Positions 29,976 to 40,072 are shown, numbered from the stretch's first letter. The stretch is DNA of 64,000 bases from Candidatus Eiseniibacteriota bacterium (GCA_963703225.1 OY969801.1:608001-672000), one strand, 5' to 3'. Notes: generated by a model from the letters alone, not told the origin. Numbers and translations are program-made.

Positions 29976-31310
29976 CTACAGTGACCTGAGGAACGCCATC
30001 AGGGCCTCGCGCTGGCGAAAATTGAGCCTCTCGAAGTTCCTGCGGGCGGCACTCCCCTGACCATCATGCGCGAGGATCGCCGCTTCGGGCGTCTTCGCAC
30101 GACCGTCGTGGAGGAACGATGGCCGCGCCATCAGACCCCAGAGGGGCGTGGTTCGCATCTCGCGAGCCCGGGCATCCCCCTGGACAATGCCGTCGCCCAG
30201 CTTGCCCATGTCGTGCAGCAGGAAGTCCGAGTACGGCTGGAAGGTCTTGTTCGACAGTGCCTGCACCGGACTGAATCCCGTCCGCTGGGAAGGCGTATGA
30301 CAGTTGGCGCAACCGATGTTCTGGAACACCTTCTCGCCGGCTTGGGTCAGGCTGTTCGTGGGGCCCCGCGGCGGTGGACCGAGGAAGGTCATGAAGTCCG
30401 TGAACAGAGCCACACCCTCGCCGTCGTCGTTAAGGTCCGGTACCGGGTTGAACTTCAACGCATCCCCGTCCCCCTGAGGCTGGTTCTCGGTCGCGAACTC
30501 CGGATTCGTGATTCCCATCTCGTTCAAGTAGGCGTCGCCGGCGAACTGGAACAACGTGGGGACCTGCGCCTTCCATCCGAAACGGCTGGCGCGCATCGCG
30601 CCAGTGCGAATCTCCTTCACCATGTGGACCCTGCCCTGCGTGGGGCCGGCCTCGCGTTGGGCCAGCGCCATCAGCGCCTCGTCGGGGATGGCGTCCACCA
30701 ATCCAAGACCGAAGAGCGGCGTGGTGATTCGGAGAGCGGTCTGGTTCGCTAGTCGTGGCACGACCTCGGGTACGAACGTGAAGAATGAGAGTCCCCGGTA
30801 GCCGGAGGGTCGCCGGCCGGAGTTGCGATCGATGCGGACCTTGCCGATCGCCTGATCCTGCACGAGCGAGCCGCCGAGCCGGTTGAGGGGATCGAACTTT
30901 CCCCGGTCCCACTTGCCGAACCGGGTCTCGAGGCGCCCACTGGTGCCGCCGATGGGGGCACTGTGGCACGTGACGCACCCGGCCTCGTTGAATACGGGAC
31001 CCAGCCCATCCTCGATGGTCTCGATCTCCTCGAAGTCCTCCTGGCCTGCCTCGAAACGCGCCAGCTCTGCCGGAGTCAGCCCCGCGATCGGCCCTCCCAG
31101 GGTCGTGGCGAGCGTGAAGTCGCCGGTTCCAGCGGGGCTGGACAACAGATCCGTCTCGTGCGCCGGCGCCGGCGCCAGCGGCGCGGTGCTGCCCTGCTCG
31201 TCCCGCGCGCACCCGGCGAGTGCGAACGTCGCGAGAAGGGCAAGCGCGACGGGGGCGGTCAGGTGCGTGGATGGTGAGCAGAGTTGTCTGAACTGCCTTG
31301 GTGGGTGCAT
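29976..31310 (-). CDS. Di-heme oxidoreductase family lipoprotein (cargo)
   Basis: LAGC lipobox; GLGPVFN..CVTCH, RFGWKA, CANCH, YSDFLLHDMG and LHDGRA motifs; RBS AAGGAGG. Confidence 0.85.
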   Translation of the reverse strand: MHPPRQFRQLCSPSTHLTAPVALALLATFALAGCARDEQGSTAPLAPAPAHETDLLSSPAGTGDFTLATTLGGPIAGLTPAELARFEAGQEDFEEIETIEDGLGPVFNEAGCVTCHSAPIGGTSGRLETRFGKWDRGKFDPLNRLGGSLVQDQAIGKVRIDRNSGRRPSGYRGLSFFTFVPEVVPRLANQTALRITTPLFGLGLVDAIPDEALMALAQREAGPTQGRVHMVKEIRTGAMRASRFGWKAQVPTLFQFAGDAYLNEMGITNPEFATENQPQGDGDALKFNPVPDLNDDGEGVALFTDFMTFLGPPPRGPTNSLTQAGEKVFQNIGCANCHTPSQRTGFSPVQALSNKTFQPYSDFLLHDMGKLGDGIVQGDARAREMRTTPLWGLMARPSFLHDGRAKTPEAAILAHDGQGSAARRNFERLNFRQREALMAFLRSL

Positions 31311-31446
31311 CGGGGCCTCCTTGGTGGGGAACAAATCCAAGAAGACGGAGGCTCGCCTCCCCCCATGCCCAGGAAGCTCGTCTCGAGGCCAAGTAGTCTA
31401 CGACATTGGCCGCCGCGAGTCAAGTCGAATAGCACGACCTTGCGAA

Positions 31447-31474
31447 GTTCTAGGTTCGATTCCTAGGCGGCGCA
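31447..31474 (+). repeat. Decayed array element, 28-bp tRNA-Lys T-arm/acceptor fragment
   Basis: GTTCTAGGTTCGATTCCTAGGCGGCGCA is identical to the tRNA; GTAGTCTA arm remnant near 31393. Confidence 0.9.
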
Positions 31475-31624
31475 GCAACTTGCCTCGTGTGGCGTGGACC
31501 CTGTCCGTTCCCAAGTGCCGCGGGCCTAACGGGTATCTCCTCGGAGTGAGGTGGGAGTGTTATCCTCCGGCATTGCCTTTGAACTTCCGGCCGCGTGGCC
31601 ACCCTTCAGGTTTGGAGAATGCCC

Positions 31625-32206
31625 ATGAGCAAGTCCGCTTGGTTCGCTCTATCGCTCCTGCTGTTCGCGTTGCCGGTCTCTGCTGAAGTCCAACGGACCA
31701 CCGGGACGCGCGGCGGAAAGCCCTACCTCGAAATGACCAATGACCGGGTCATGATCGGCACGGTCATCGCGATCGACCAGACCACGCGCGAGGTGAAACT
31801 GCTCAACGAAGCAGGCGACACCCTTACGGTGGTGGCCGGCAACCACGTGAAGAACTTGGCCCAGGTCCGGGTTGAGGACGTGGTCAAGCTCAGGATCAAG
31901 GAGCAGCTAACCATTCAGGTCACCTCGAGCCCGGCGGTGAGAGACACGCAGGAGGTTTCCGTAAAGTCCGCCGAGCCCGGAGAAAAGCCCCACGGCACGA
32001 TCACAGAACGGTCGCGCACGACGGCCACCATCGTCGCGCTTGACAAGGCCACCAGTACCGTGACCCTCAAGGGACAGGACGGCAACCCCTTCACGATAAA
32101 GGCCAAGCGCAAGGATACCCTCGACAAGGTGAAGGTCGGTGACCTTGTCGTGTTTACCACGGTGAAGTCTGTGGCGACCTCGCTTGTGAAGGCCGCGGCG
32201 AAGTAG
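31625..32206 (+). CDS. Secreted hypothetical protein with two beta-rich repeats
   Basis: Signal peptide; repeated V.AID..TR.V.L...G...VKVGD.V pattern. Confidence 0.7.
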   Translation: MSKSAWFALSLLLFALPVSAEVQRTTGTRGGKPYLEMTNDRVMIGTVIAIDQTTREVKLLNEAGDTLTVVAGNHVKNLAQVRVEDVVKLRIKEQLTIQVTSSPAVRDTQEVSVKSAEPGEKPHGTITERSRTTATIVALDKATSTVTLKGQDGNPFTIKAKRKDTLDKVKVGDLVVFTTVKSVATSLVKAAAK

Positions 32207-32237
32207 GGGAGCCATCCGCTTCGGGACAAACTGAGTC

Positions 32238-32450
32238 GTGATCCCAGGCTCCTCCCGAAATGACTTCGATGGACGAGTCGCGCTGACCACGGGCGCGGCT
32301 CGCGGACTTGGGCGCGCGGCCGCGGAGCGCCTCATGGCGCGCGGAGCATCGGTCGCGGTGAATGTCCGCGATCAAAAGCTCGCCGACGCGCTGGCTCGGG
32401 AGCTTGGTGACCGGGCCTTCGCGCCCGGGGACGTGACCGATGCCGACGCT
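32238..32450 (+). pseudogene. Truncated SDR oxidoreductase (N-terminus only)
   Basis: GRVALTTGAARGLG...GDVTD, no catalytic YxxxK; runs into a convergent gene. Confidence 0.7.
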
Positions 32451-32469
32451 AGGCCAGTTGGTCTGATTC

Positions 32470-32745
32470 CTACCTCAGCCGGTACTTCTGAGGCTTCGTT
32501 TCGGTTCGCTCGACAACCCTGCGGGCCTCTAGGTCCAGCTTCACCGTCTCGCCGTACCAGTTGACATTGCCGTCGAACTCGCCCTTGAGCTTTCTGCCGA
32601 GGGCACGCATCAGCTCCGTGTGCGTGAGCTCGCGGCTCCGCAACGCCGAGAGCATGGCCTGTTTGACGGCATTGTACTTCTCCTTCGTCATTTTCCTCCC
32701 CTGCTTGCCGCCAGGGTGCCGGGTGAGGATGGTCTCATCCTTCAT
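32470..32745 (-). CDS. Small basic winged-helix-like hypothetical protein (DUF6958-like)
   Basis: ILTRHPGGKQG...KY...WYGETVKLDLEAR; RBS GGAGGAG. Confidence 0.7.
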   Translation of the reverse strand: MKDETILTRHPGGKQGRKMTKEKYNAVKQAMLSALRSRELTHTELMRALGRKLKGEFDGNVNWYGETVKLDLEARRVVERTETKPQKYRLR

Positions 32746-32798
32746 GGTCTCCTCCATTCATCGACAACGGTCGGGCGGGCAAGCGCCTTCGGCCACTC

Positions 32799-32846
32799 GA
32801 CTCTCGGGCCAGCAGATTCTAAGTCCGACTCCCAGGCGGCGCACCA
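32799..32846 (+). repeat. Degenerate tRNA-Lys 3' core
   Basis: GACTCTcgggcCAGcAGaTTCTAaGTcCGAcTCCcAGGCGGCGCACCA aligns with the core. Confidence 0.85.
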
Positions 32847-33033
32847 TTCTTCGACGTTCATAGGACAAGATGGCGCGGCCAGGATTCGGGAACCGGCGGC
32901 AAGGGTTCCCAGAACGGGAACACCCTGGAAATGTGGCTGTTGTCTCTCCCCGGCCCCAGAATCTCGGCGTCCTCCGTGAGGCATCGCGAGAGCAGCATCT
33001 TCCGGCGCGCTCTATCGGGCTCATCCGCGGTGC

Positions 33034-33963
33034 TCACGCGATCCCCGGATCTGGAAACACCCAATTCGACCTTTGATACGCGATTCTGAAACCCGCGCGC
33101 TCCATGTTGTGGAACGACGGGTTGGGTCTCTCGGGCAGATCCGGTGCGGTCTCCGTTGTAAACGTGTGGCATCCGAGCGCGCGGGCGTCGTCGATGCGCC
33201 GCGCGATCAGCGCGCCTTGGGCTCCGCGGCCGCGGTGTTGGGTCAGCGTGCCTGCGGCGCCAAGCCAAGCGAAGCCGTCGCGCACGTACATCGCGGCGGA
33301 GGCAACGGGGGTGTCGCCGTCGCGGACAATGTAATGGTGCCAATGGGGTCTGCCGATCAAGACCGATGCGAGGGGTACTGAGTGCGGCCGACCGCCGAAC
33401 GCGGCGAGGAGCATCGCATCCATCGCCTCAGCCTCGCCCGGTTCGGCCCGCATGATTCCCAACCCCGTCGCGGAGGTCTTCGCAGGCGAGCCGTCGCGGA
33501 CCCACTTGACCCACTGGATCAGGTGCGGGTGGGGGCCGAATCCGGCCGCCGCCAGGGCGGTCTCGAGGCCGGCAGGCTCCGCGGCCGGGCAGAGCCCAAT
33601 TCTGAAAGCCGGAATTCCATGCTCGGCGTAGAAGGCCTTCAAGGCGACGAGGTCTTCGGGGCGTACCGGACGCTCGAGACCGAGCCCCATGACACGATTG
33701 GAGTCAAAGGCAGGGTCGCGAGCACGCCCGAAGGCCCACGCCCCACCGACTTGTTGCAGCACAAAGCCCAGCTCCCGCGCGGCCTTTGGCGCGCCCTTCA
33801 CCCCGTCGAGCTTGGCCAGAATCTCCACGCGCTCGAGCGGGAGAATACGTTCCCGATCCAAGGCGGGGCCCTCTAGCGGCACGACCGCATCAACCCTTAA
33901 CGAGTACCAGCGTCCGAGCGGCTCGATCCGGCGGCGCGACAATCCGTAAGTAGAAAGGTCCAT
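33034..33963 (-). CDS. GNAT family N-acetyltransferase
   Basis: AGTLTQHRGRGAQGALIARR...NPSFHNMERAGF. Confidence 0.8.
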   Translation of the reverse strand: MDLSTYGLSRRRIEPLGRWYSLRVDAVVPLEGPALDRERILPLERVEILAKLDGVKGAPKAARELGFVLQQVGGAWAFGRARDPAFDSNRVMGLGLERPVRPEDLVALKAFYAEHGIPAFRIGLCPAAEPAGLETALAAAGFGPHPHLIQWVKWVRDGSPAKTSATGLGIMRAEPGEAEAMDAMLLAAFGGRPHSVPLASVLIGRPHWHHYIVRDGDTPVASAAMYVRDGFAWLGAAGTLTQHRGRGAQGALIARRIDDARALGCHTFTTETAPDLPERPNPSFHNMERAGFRIAYQRSNWVFPDPGIA

Positions 33964-34305
33964 CGGTCCCGCATGCTGCGCGGTAATGCACAACCGCGGG
34001 CGTCATGTCGAACGAGAGATCGCGCTTCGCAGGATCGTGAGGAGGCATGGATGGATCCTACAATCCGGCGGGGCAATCCGTCTCTAGCGTTCGGTTGGAG
34101 CTGCGATCAAGGGGCCAGGCGCGTGAGCGACTCATCGGTGAGGCCGCGGATGGGATCCCGCCACTCCCTTGCACCGTAACATCGTCCGGGGTCCGAAATC
34201 GGATGGTACCTGGGCCCCATCGCCTCACATCCGAAAGCAGCTCAAGTAGCCTTCAGCAGCGGGTTCTAGGGGGGCGGCGGTCCAGAGCGGACCGCCGCCC
34301 CATGC

Positions 34306-34794
34306 TTATCCGCAGGCGGTGCCCCCTGGATTTCTCAACCGACTCGAGCGCCACGTGTTCACGCTGAACAGAATAGCACCTAGGTAAAACCAGGGTTCCC
34401 AGATCCCCATGGCTGCGAGGTGAAACCGGCCCGCTGCGACCAGATAGCCGGTTTGGATCAAACTGGCCACTGATCGAAGGACTAGGAGCGCCGAGCCAAT
34501 CCACGCAAGAGTGTAAATGAGGCGCCGCGGCGCGTGCTGGCCCCACGACATCACGGGGGCCAGAGCGACCGGTACCGCTATGACACACATGGCGGCCACG
34601 ACGACATCGTAGGCCCATTTCCACGGTGTCGCGAACATAACACGGGCCCGCTCAGCATCCAACAGCGGGTACCACCCGGTCGCCCAAATGATGTGGAAGA
34701 TCGCAAAGACCGAGGCCCAGAGCGCAGCGGCGTAGGCAACCCAAGGCCCGATGCGTAAGCGCGAGTCACTCACAGGCGCACTGTTCAACGTCAC
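34306..34794 (-). CDS. Membrane protein (DUF3995-like)
   Basis: AALWASVFAIFHIIWATG...WEPWFYLG with four TM segments. Confidence 0.6.
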   Translation of the reverse strand: MTLNSAPVSDSRLRIGPWVAYAAALWASVFAIFHIIWATGWYPLLDAERARVMFATPWKWAYDVVVAAMCVIAVPVALAPVMSWGQHAPRRLIYTLAWIGSALLVLRSVASLIQTGYLVAAGRFHLAAMGIWEPWFYLGAILFSVNTWRSSRLRNPGGTACG

Positions 34795-34903
34795 GTAAGG
34801 CGCACCGCCTAACTAGAAGTCGACTCTTCTTCGCGGAAAGGGGTCAGACTGTAACCGGCATAGTGCGCCTCTAGCGCATCGGCTGGAACCGGATGTGGGA
34901 AAC

Positions 34904-35404
34904 TCAAATGATCATTTCCGCCGTCAAATCCGGCGCAAAGTCGGCAATTCTCTGAAGGAAAGCTCTCGAATCGTTGGGAGTCAGGTACAGGGCGAATCGT
35001 CCTGTTCTCCGCCTGAGCTGGACGCCGTCGGTTAGCCGGACGCATGGCGTCACCGATGGCCACCCGATTCGAGTGGCGAACAAGCCTCTCTGCCAATACA
35101 CGGTAGTGAAGGCAGACCATGGGTACCGCCGGGTCCACGGTCCGTAGCGCACCTGAATTCCCGTTGAGTTCACGGTGTAGTAGGTTGAATAGAGGGGCCA
35201 AAGATAGAAGCAAAGAATGGCCAAACTGAGCAAGATCACCGCTCGACCCAGCAGAAGGAAGTGCGAAGGCTCCTCGCGCGAGGGTACTTGAAGTATTGCC
35301 GGAAGGGCAGCGATCAGGGCACAAAGGGCGAGAAGGTGGATTGCCATGAGTGCAACACTGGGCGCCGGATGATCCACGTATTTCCGATCCGGATTATCGG
35401 ACAT
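34904..35404 (-). CDS. Membrane protein with bacterial PH domain
   Basis: Two TM segments then TYYTVNSTGIQVRYGP...YLTPNDSRAF; RBS AGGAGG. Confidence 0.65.
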   Translation of the reverse strand: MSDNPDRKYVDHPAPSVALMAIHLLALCALIAALPAILQVPSREEPSHFLLLGRAVILLSLAILCFYLWPLYSTYYTVNSTGIQVRYGPWTRRYPWSAFTTVYWQRGLFATRIGWPSVTPCVRLTDGVQLRRRTGRFALYLTPNDSRAFLQRIADFAPDLTAEMII

Positions 35405-35506
35405 GTGTTCCTCCTGACGGAGTGGTCGGCCCATTCAGGTCGGTGCGTGGGGCTTCCCAGCACGCCCACGCAGCCAGACGGGGGGACGATAGCCCGACTT
35501 CGCGAA

Positions 35507-35585
35507 CGACTGTAGTATAAGTGTTGTTGGCCCAACCGGAGCTCGCCGTCCCGAGCCGTAAGTCTCGCGGTGTTCGTGACATTTT
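35507..35585 (+). repeat. Decayed array arm
   Basis: CGACTGTAGTaTAAgTGTtGTTGgc..ACCGGAGCTcGCCGTC...TTCGTGACATTT. Confidence 0.8.
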
Positions 35586-35645
35586 GCAAAGCGCGCTCTG
35601 ACCTAACCCTGGCTGACCGAAGTCGAGGTCCACGACGAGGGCCCG

Positions 35646-36554
35646 ATGGCTTTCATGAAATGGTTGCTTGATTCGGACCCGGCGATCCGGTGGCAGGTCA
35701 TGCGCGACCTCACCGATGAGCCCGACGAGGTCGTCGCCGCCGAGCGGTCGCGCGTCGCCTCGGAGGGTTGGGGCGCCCGGCTCCTCGGCCTTCAGACACC
35801 CGGCGGCCACTGGGGCCGCGACGACGATCGGGGCTGGATGACCACCATCTACACCCTGGTGCTTCTACGTGACATGGGTGTGGATCCGGCGGGAGAAGAG
35901 GTCCGCAGAGCCATCGGCCTTGTGCGGGACCGCCTCACTTGGATCCCGCTCGACGGCCGGCCCTTCTTCGACGGCGAGACCGAGCCCTGTATCAACGGTG
36001 CGATCCTGGCGGTGGGCGCCCATTTCGGCGAGGCGAGCGATCGGCTGGTCGACCGACTGCTGGATGAGCAGCTCGTGGACGGCGGCTGGAACTGCGAGGC
36101 TCCTTCGAGCAAGCGATCCTCGTTCCACACCACGATCTGCGTCCTGGAAGGACTCTTGGCGTACGAGAAGACGCTGGGTGCCACGAACCCGGTGACGCAC
36201 GCCCGGGTTCGGGCACAGGACTATCTCCTGGAGCGCCGCATGCTCAGGTCGCTGACATCGGGCGAGGTGATCGACCGCGGCTGGACGCGCTTCTCGTTTC
36301 CGCCTACATGGCACTACGACGTGCTGCGGGGACTGGACTACCTACGCAGCGCCGGCGTCAAACCTGACGAACGGGTCGCCGAGGCGGTCGAGCTGGTGCA
36401 GAAGAGGCGGCACCAGAACGGCCGGTGGCCGCTGAACATTCTCCACCCCGATCGGGTCTCCTTCGACATGGAAGCCGGTGTGGGCAAGGCCAGCCGCTGG
36501 AACACCCTCCGCGCCCTTCGAGTGCTGGACTGGAATTCGACGGCCCGGCTCTAG
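35646..36554 (+). CDS. Prenyltransferase/squalene-cyclase-repeat-like protein
   Basis: WLLDSDPAIRWQV, QLVDGGWNCE, WHYDVLRGLDY and SRWNTLRALRVL motifs. Confidence 0.7.
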   Translation: MAFMKWLLDSDPAIRWQVMRDLTDEPDEVVAAERSRVASEGWGARLLGLQTPGGHWGRDDDRGWMTTIYTLVLLRDMGVDPAGEEVRRAIGLVRDRLTWIPLDGRPFFDGETEPCINGAILAVGAHFGEASDRLVDRLLDEQLVDGGWNCEAPSSKRSSFHTTICVLEGLLAYEKTLGATNPVTHARVRAQDYLLERRMLRSLTSGEVIDRGWTRFSFPPTWHYDVLRGLDYLRSAGVKPDERVAEAVELVQKRRHQNGRWPLNILHPDRVSFDMEAGVGKASRWNTLRALRVLDWNSTARL

Positions 36555-36593
36555 CCCCACGGCCTCTTCACGCCACCGCCCCCACGGAATGGG

Positions 36594-38183
36594 TTACTTC
36601 TTCGATTCCTTCGCTTCCGCCAGACGAACCTTCTCCTCCAGGGCGGAATAGGGAACCGTGCTGTCGGATTCCTGCAGGTACCAGGTCTGCATGATGTTTT
36701 GGACATCCAATTTTCGTTCCTTAACGATGCGATGTATCGCGCGCTCGCGGACGTTCGCACGACTGGGTTTTGCATCCCGCATGATGTAGACCATGTCGCC
36801 CGTCACGATTAGTTTGTGACTGGGCAAATACGTCAGCACGTACTCATCCGTATGCGTGGAGTAGTCGAACTCGTAGAACTCCAGCCGCTGCTTGCCGTCC
36901 TTGATGATAAGGGTGCCATCAATCACCCTGAACTTGGGCTCGCGCGGTTGTCTCTGCTGGGCGTCGGGGTGGATGCGGTACGGTCGCGTGGTCAGATCGC
37001 GATAGTAGGAGGTGTCGCCCGCTGTCGCCAAAACCGTGACCCCCCGCCGCACGTAGGGCCGGAGGCCGCAGGCGTAGAGGGGGTGATGGTGGCTCATGGC
37101 CACGTAGCGAACGGGCTTGCCGGGGAGTAGGTGGTCAGCCGTAGCTAAGAGCCGTGCGGATATCTCGCTGTAGTCGCCGGCTTCCACGATGACCGCGAAG
37201 TCGGAGAATGCGACGAGCAGCGACCGAGACGTGCTCGAAGGGAGGTCGATGATGTAGGCGCCCTTACCCAGATCGTGAGACGGCAACGGCTCGCTCGGGT
37301 TCTCCGCTTTCACCTCTTGAAGATTCCATCCCTCGAACCCGGCCCGATATGCCTCCGGAATCGTGAACTCGTCGGCGTTCACCACCCCGCCGAACTCGAT
37401 TTTGGCAATTTCCGAGATGACGTTGTGTTGGCCGGCGCTATCTTCGATGTGGGCCTCGGAGTGCAGCGGCACCCGGATTCCGCCCCGGTCGACGTAGTCG
37501 GTGAATGTGCGCCACTCCAATCGATCTCCCTTGTGCTTCCAGTGGCCGATTCGCTCCACACGCATCAAGAGATGGGTGTCCGCGGCGAAGTAGAGTGCTC
37601 GACCCTCACCGTTGTCGAGGGTGTAGGCGAGCACCTCGTAGCCAATGGAACCGGACAGAAGGCGAAGACCGGCGGCTCCGGCTCGGGCCTGACGCAGATA
37701 CTCGTGTGGCAAGATCTCCAGCTCTTCCTGCAGCGACTTCCCGAGCTCCTCTTCTGGAATGGAATCCGGCCGAGTCCCTCCTCCGCCGAGCTTGAGTCCG
37801 TTCGCTGGCCCTATGATGGCGAAGGTCGGGATTGGCTTGTCGCTCTCGTAGAACGTCGCTTCCGTCATCAGCGCGCGCAGGCCGGCTGAATAGAACGTCG
37901 TCCCGTCAATTCGGTAATCCCTGTGAGCCCAGGGGCGTGCGAAATGGCCCTCCAGGCGATACGTACCCGTGAACGAAACGCGAATGTTGGTAACCCGATC
38001 GAGCAGCTCGGTGCCACCATGCGCCGCAATGGCCCGATCGAGCACCTCCGACGCGCGAACGAAGTTCTGATAGAGGAACGATTCCTGAGGTTCACCGGAA
38101 GCGAATGCCGAAAGTGCGTTCGCAGACAGTAGAGCCGCTCCCAACACGCATACGGCGGCAGATACAAGCGATCGACGGGCCAT
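36594..38183 (-). CDS. Secreted protein with C-terminal metallo-beta-lactamase-like fold
   Basis: Signal peptide; PVRYVAMSHHHPLYACGLR, HTDE and GD motifs; similar to 27377..28777. Confidence 0.7.
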   Translation of the reverse strand: MARRSLVSAAVCVLGAALLSANALSAFASGEPQESFLYQNFVRASEVLDRAIAAHGGTELLDRVTNIRVSFTGTYRLEGHFARPWAHRDYRIDGTTFYSAGLRALMTEATFYESDKPIPTFAIIGPANGLKLGGGGTRPDSIPEEELGKSLQEELEILPHEYLRQARAGAAGLRLLSGSIGYEVLAYTLDNGEGRALYFAADTHLLMRVERIGHWKHKGDRLEWRTFTDYVDRGGIRVPLHSEAHIEDSAGQHNVISEIAKIEFGGVVNADEFTIPEAYRAGFEGWNLQEVKAENPSEPLPSHDLGKGAYIIDLPSSTSRSLLVAFSDFAVIVEAGDYSEISARLLATADHLLPGKPVRYVAMSHHHPLYACGLRPYVRRGVTVLATAGDTSYYRDLTTRPYRIHPDAQQRQPREPKFRVIDGTLIIKDGKQRLEFYEFDYSTHTDEYVLTYLPSHKLIVTGDMVYIMRDAKPSRANVRERAIHRIVKERKLDVQNIMQTWYLQESDSTVPYSALEEKVRLAEAKESKK

Positions 38184-38244
38184 TTCGAGCCTCCATCCGT
38201 CTCGTCGGTGCCGGCTCACGACATTCTAGGATCGACCCCTGACG

Positions 38245-39045
38245 TCAATGGCGCGTGCTCGCCGGTTTCTGATGAAAGATCCTGATACAGCCTACGATGA
38301 AGAGCAAGAGAGTCGCGGACGCAGCGTAGCGGCTCAACGCCAAGCCTCCCTTGCTGACCGGCTTGTCGAGAAAGTCGCCGAGCACGGCTCCGAGTGGGCG
38401 CGTGAGGATGAACGCAGCCCAGAAGAGCACGGTGCGCGATAGGCTCGTCCAGTAGTACGCCGCGGCGACCAGCGCCAGCAGCGCAGTGAACAACACGGCT
38501 CCACCGGTGTAGCCAAACCCCGCGGTATCGGCAGTCCAATCCCCCAGCGCGGTACCGAGGGTCTGGGAAAACATGATCGTCACCCAGTAAAACAATTCGG
38601 ATTGGGCCGTACTTACGCTGACTACCGACACGGAACCGAGAGTGCGGTACCAGACGCCAAGGGACGCGAGCAGCAACCCGAACAATAGCAGGGAGCCCCC
38701 GGCGTAGCCGATACCAAGCGAGCGGTCCGCGAAGTCCGCGAGCGTGGTTCCGACGGTCGTCGTGGCGATGATTGTCGTCCAGTACAGGGCCGCGTGGAAA
38801 CGTTTGGCCGCGATCTGCGCGCCTACGGCGAGCAGGAATATCACGGCGAAAATGCCAGTCGCGGCGAGGTAGCCGAGGTTCATCGACATCGACACGGCGT
38901 CGCCGCCCGTTTCGCCCAGCGTGGTGGCGGCGATCTTGATGATCCAGAAGAGCAAAGTGATCTCCGGCACTTTGCTCACACCCTGCTTTACCGCGGTGCC
39001 CGCCTCGTTCCTGCCGGGGTCCGATTCGCGCGGAAACTGAGGCAT
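38245..39045 (-). CDS. COG4705/DUF347 repeat membrane protein
   Basis: KVPEITLLFWIIKIAATTLGETGGD...FILTRPLGA..GD. Confidence 0.85.
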   Translation of the reverse strand: MPQFPRESDPGRNEAGTAVKQGVSKVPEITLLFWIIKIAATTLGETGGDAVSMSMNLGYLAATGIFAVIFLLAVGAQIAAKRFHAALYWTTIIATTTVGTTLADFADRSLGIGYAGGSLLLFGLLLASLGVWYRTLGSVSVVSVSTAQSELFYWVTIMFSQTLGTALGDWTADTAGFGYTGGAVLFTALLALVAAAYYWTSLSRTVLFWAAFILTRPLGAVLGDFLDKPVSKGGLALSRYAASATLLLFIVGCIRIFHQKPASTRH

Positions 39046-39167
39046 TGACTCCCTCCATCGCGTGGCATCCGATCGCGGCGGTCCAGCAAAGGCAGGGCAG
39101 GCCGCGCGGGCGACTTCAGCCTACAAGTGTAGCTCACGCTGGGTGAAGGAGGCGATAACGAGATGCC

Positions 39168-39605
39168 TCATAGCACGAACGGAATGATCCGCTTCGTGTG
39201 TTTCGCGTAGTCTGCATACTCGGGGTACACGTCTACGACGAGTTCCTCCTCGGCGACGATGCGCACCGCGGCCGCCGCCGTCGCAACGATCGCGGTCAGC
39301 ACGCTCAGGGTCGATGTGTGGGAGGCAACGCCCGCCCACATGAAGAGAAGTATGGCCGTGTAGATTGGATGACGTACGAATCGGTAGGGGCCGGTCGTGA
39401 CAATGCCACCCCCGGTCGGATTCGCCCCCGCGTGAAAGCTCCTCCCGCCGAACGTCAGGCGGGCCCACAGCATGAGCGCCCCGGCCACAGCTTGAACCGC
39501 CACGAGCAGGGGCCCATGGGCCAATAGAGATCTCCGCAGCAACAAGCTGACCACCGCGACTGTCAGAATGGCGGTCGCCCCGATCGAAACCCGCTTCAGG
39601 TTCAT
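39168..39605 (-). CDS. Isoprenylcysteine carboxyl methyltransferase family protein
   Basis: TGPYRFVRHPIY...RIVAEE...Y..Y...RIIP. Confidence 0.85.
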   Translation of the reverse strand: MNLKRVSIGATAILTVAVVSLLLRRSLLAHGPLLVAVQAVAGALMLWARLTFGGRSFHAGANPTGGGIVTTGPYRFVRHPIYTAILLFMWAGVASHTSTLSVLTAIVATAAAAVRIVAEEELVVDVYPEYADYAKHTKRIIPFVL

Positions 39606-39686
39606 GTCCTTGACCCTCCTAGCCGACCTTCTGCCTCCAACAATTACTATTGACTACATGATATAGTGTATTACATAGTATCGGAC

Positions 39687-40070
39687 ATGTCCACTGCTCC
39701 CGAGCCAGAGGCATCGCCGACCGATCCCATGGACAAGTGGGAGGTCCAGCTGCGGAAAGGGTGTTTGGAGCTGGCGGTCCTGGGTTCCCTGTGGGCGGGC
39801 AAGCAGTACGGACTTGAAATCCTCCGACGGCTCGAGCGCGAGTCCGAGTTAGTGCTTTCCGAGGGAACGGTTTATCCGCTCCTCTCGCGGCTCAAGAGCG
39901 ACGGTCTGCTCGAATCGGAATGGGTGGAAGCCGACGCGGGTCACGCGCGCAAATACTACCGGCTCACCCGCGCGGGGAGACGCCGCGCGGTGCAAATGGC
40001 GCGCCTTTGGTCCCGATTCTCGGCGAGCCTAGGTGAATTGCTCGCACCGATCCTCAAGGAGGAACGTTAG
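39687..40070 (+). CDS. PadR family transcriptional regulator
   Basis: QLRKGCLEL...YGLEI...EGTVYPLLSRL...RKYYRLT. Confidence 0.9.
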   Translation: MSTAPEPEASPTDPMDKWEVQLRKGCLELAVLGSLWAGKQYGLEILRRLERESELVLSEGTVYPLLSRLKSDGLLESEWVEADAGHARKYYRLTRAGRRRAVQMARLWSRFSASLGELLAPILKEER

Positions 40071-40072
40071 TC

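Noticed and set aside
34799..34828. GGCGCACC and TCGACTCTT words matching the core
   Set aside because: Short and in the wrong order relative to the element; not supportable by eye.
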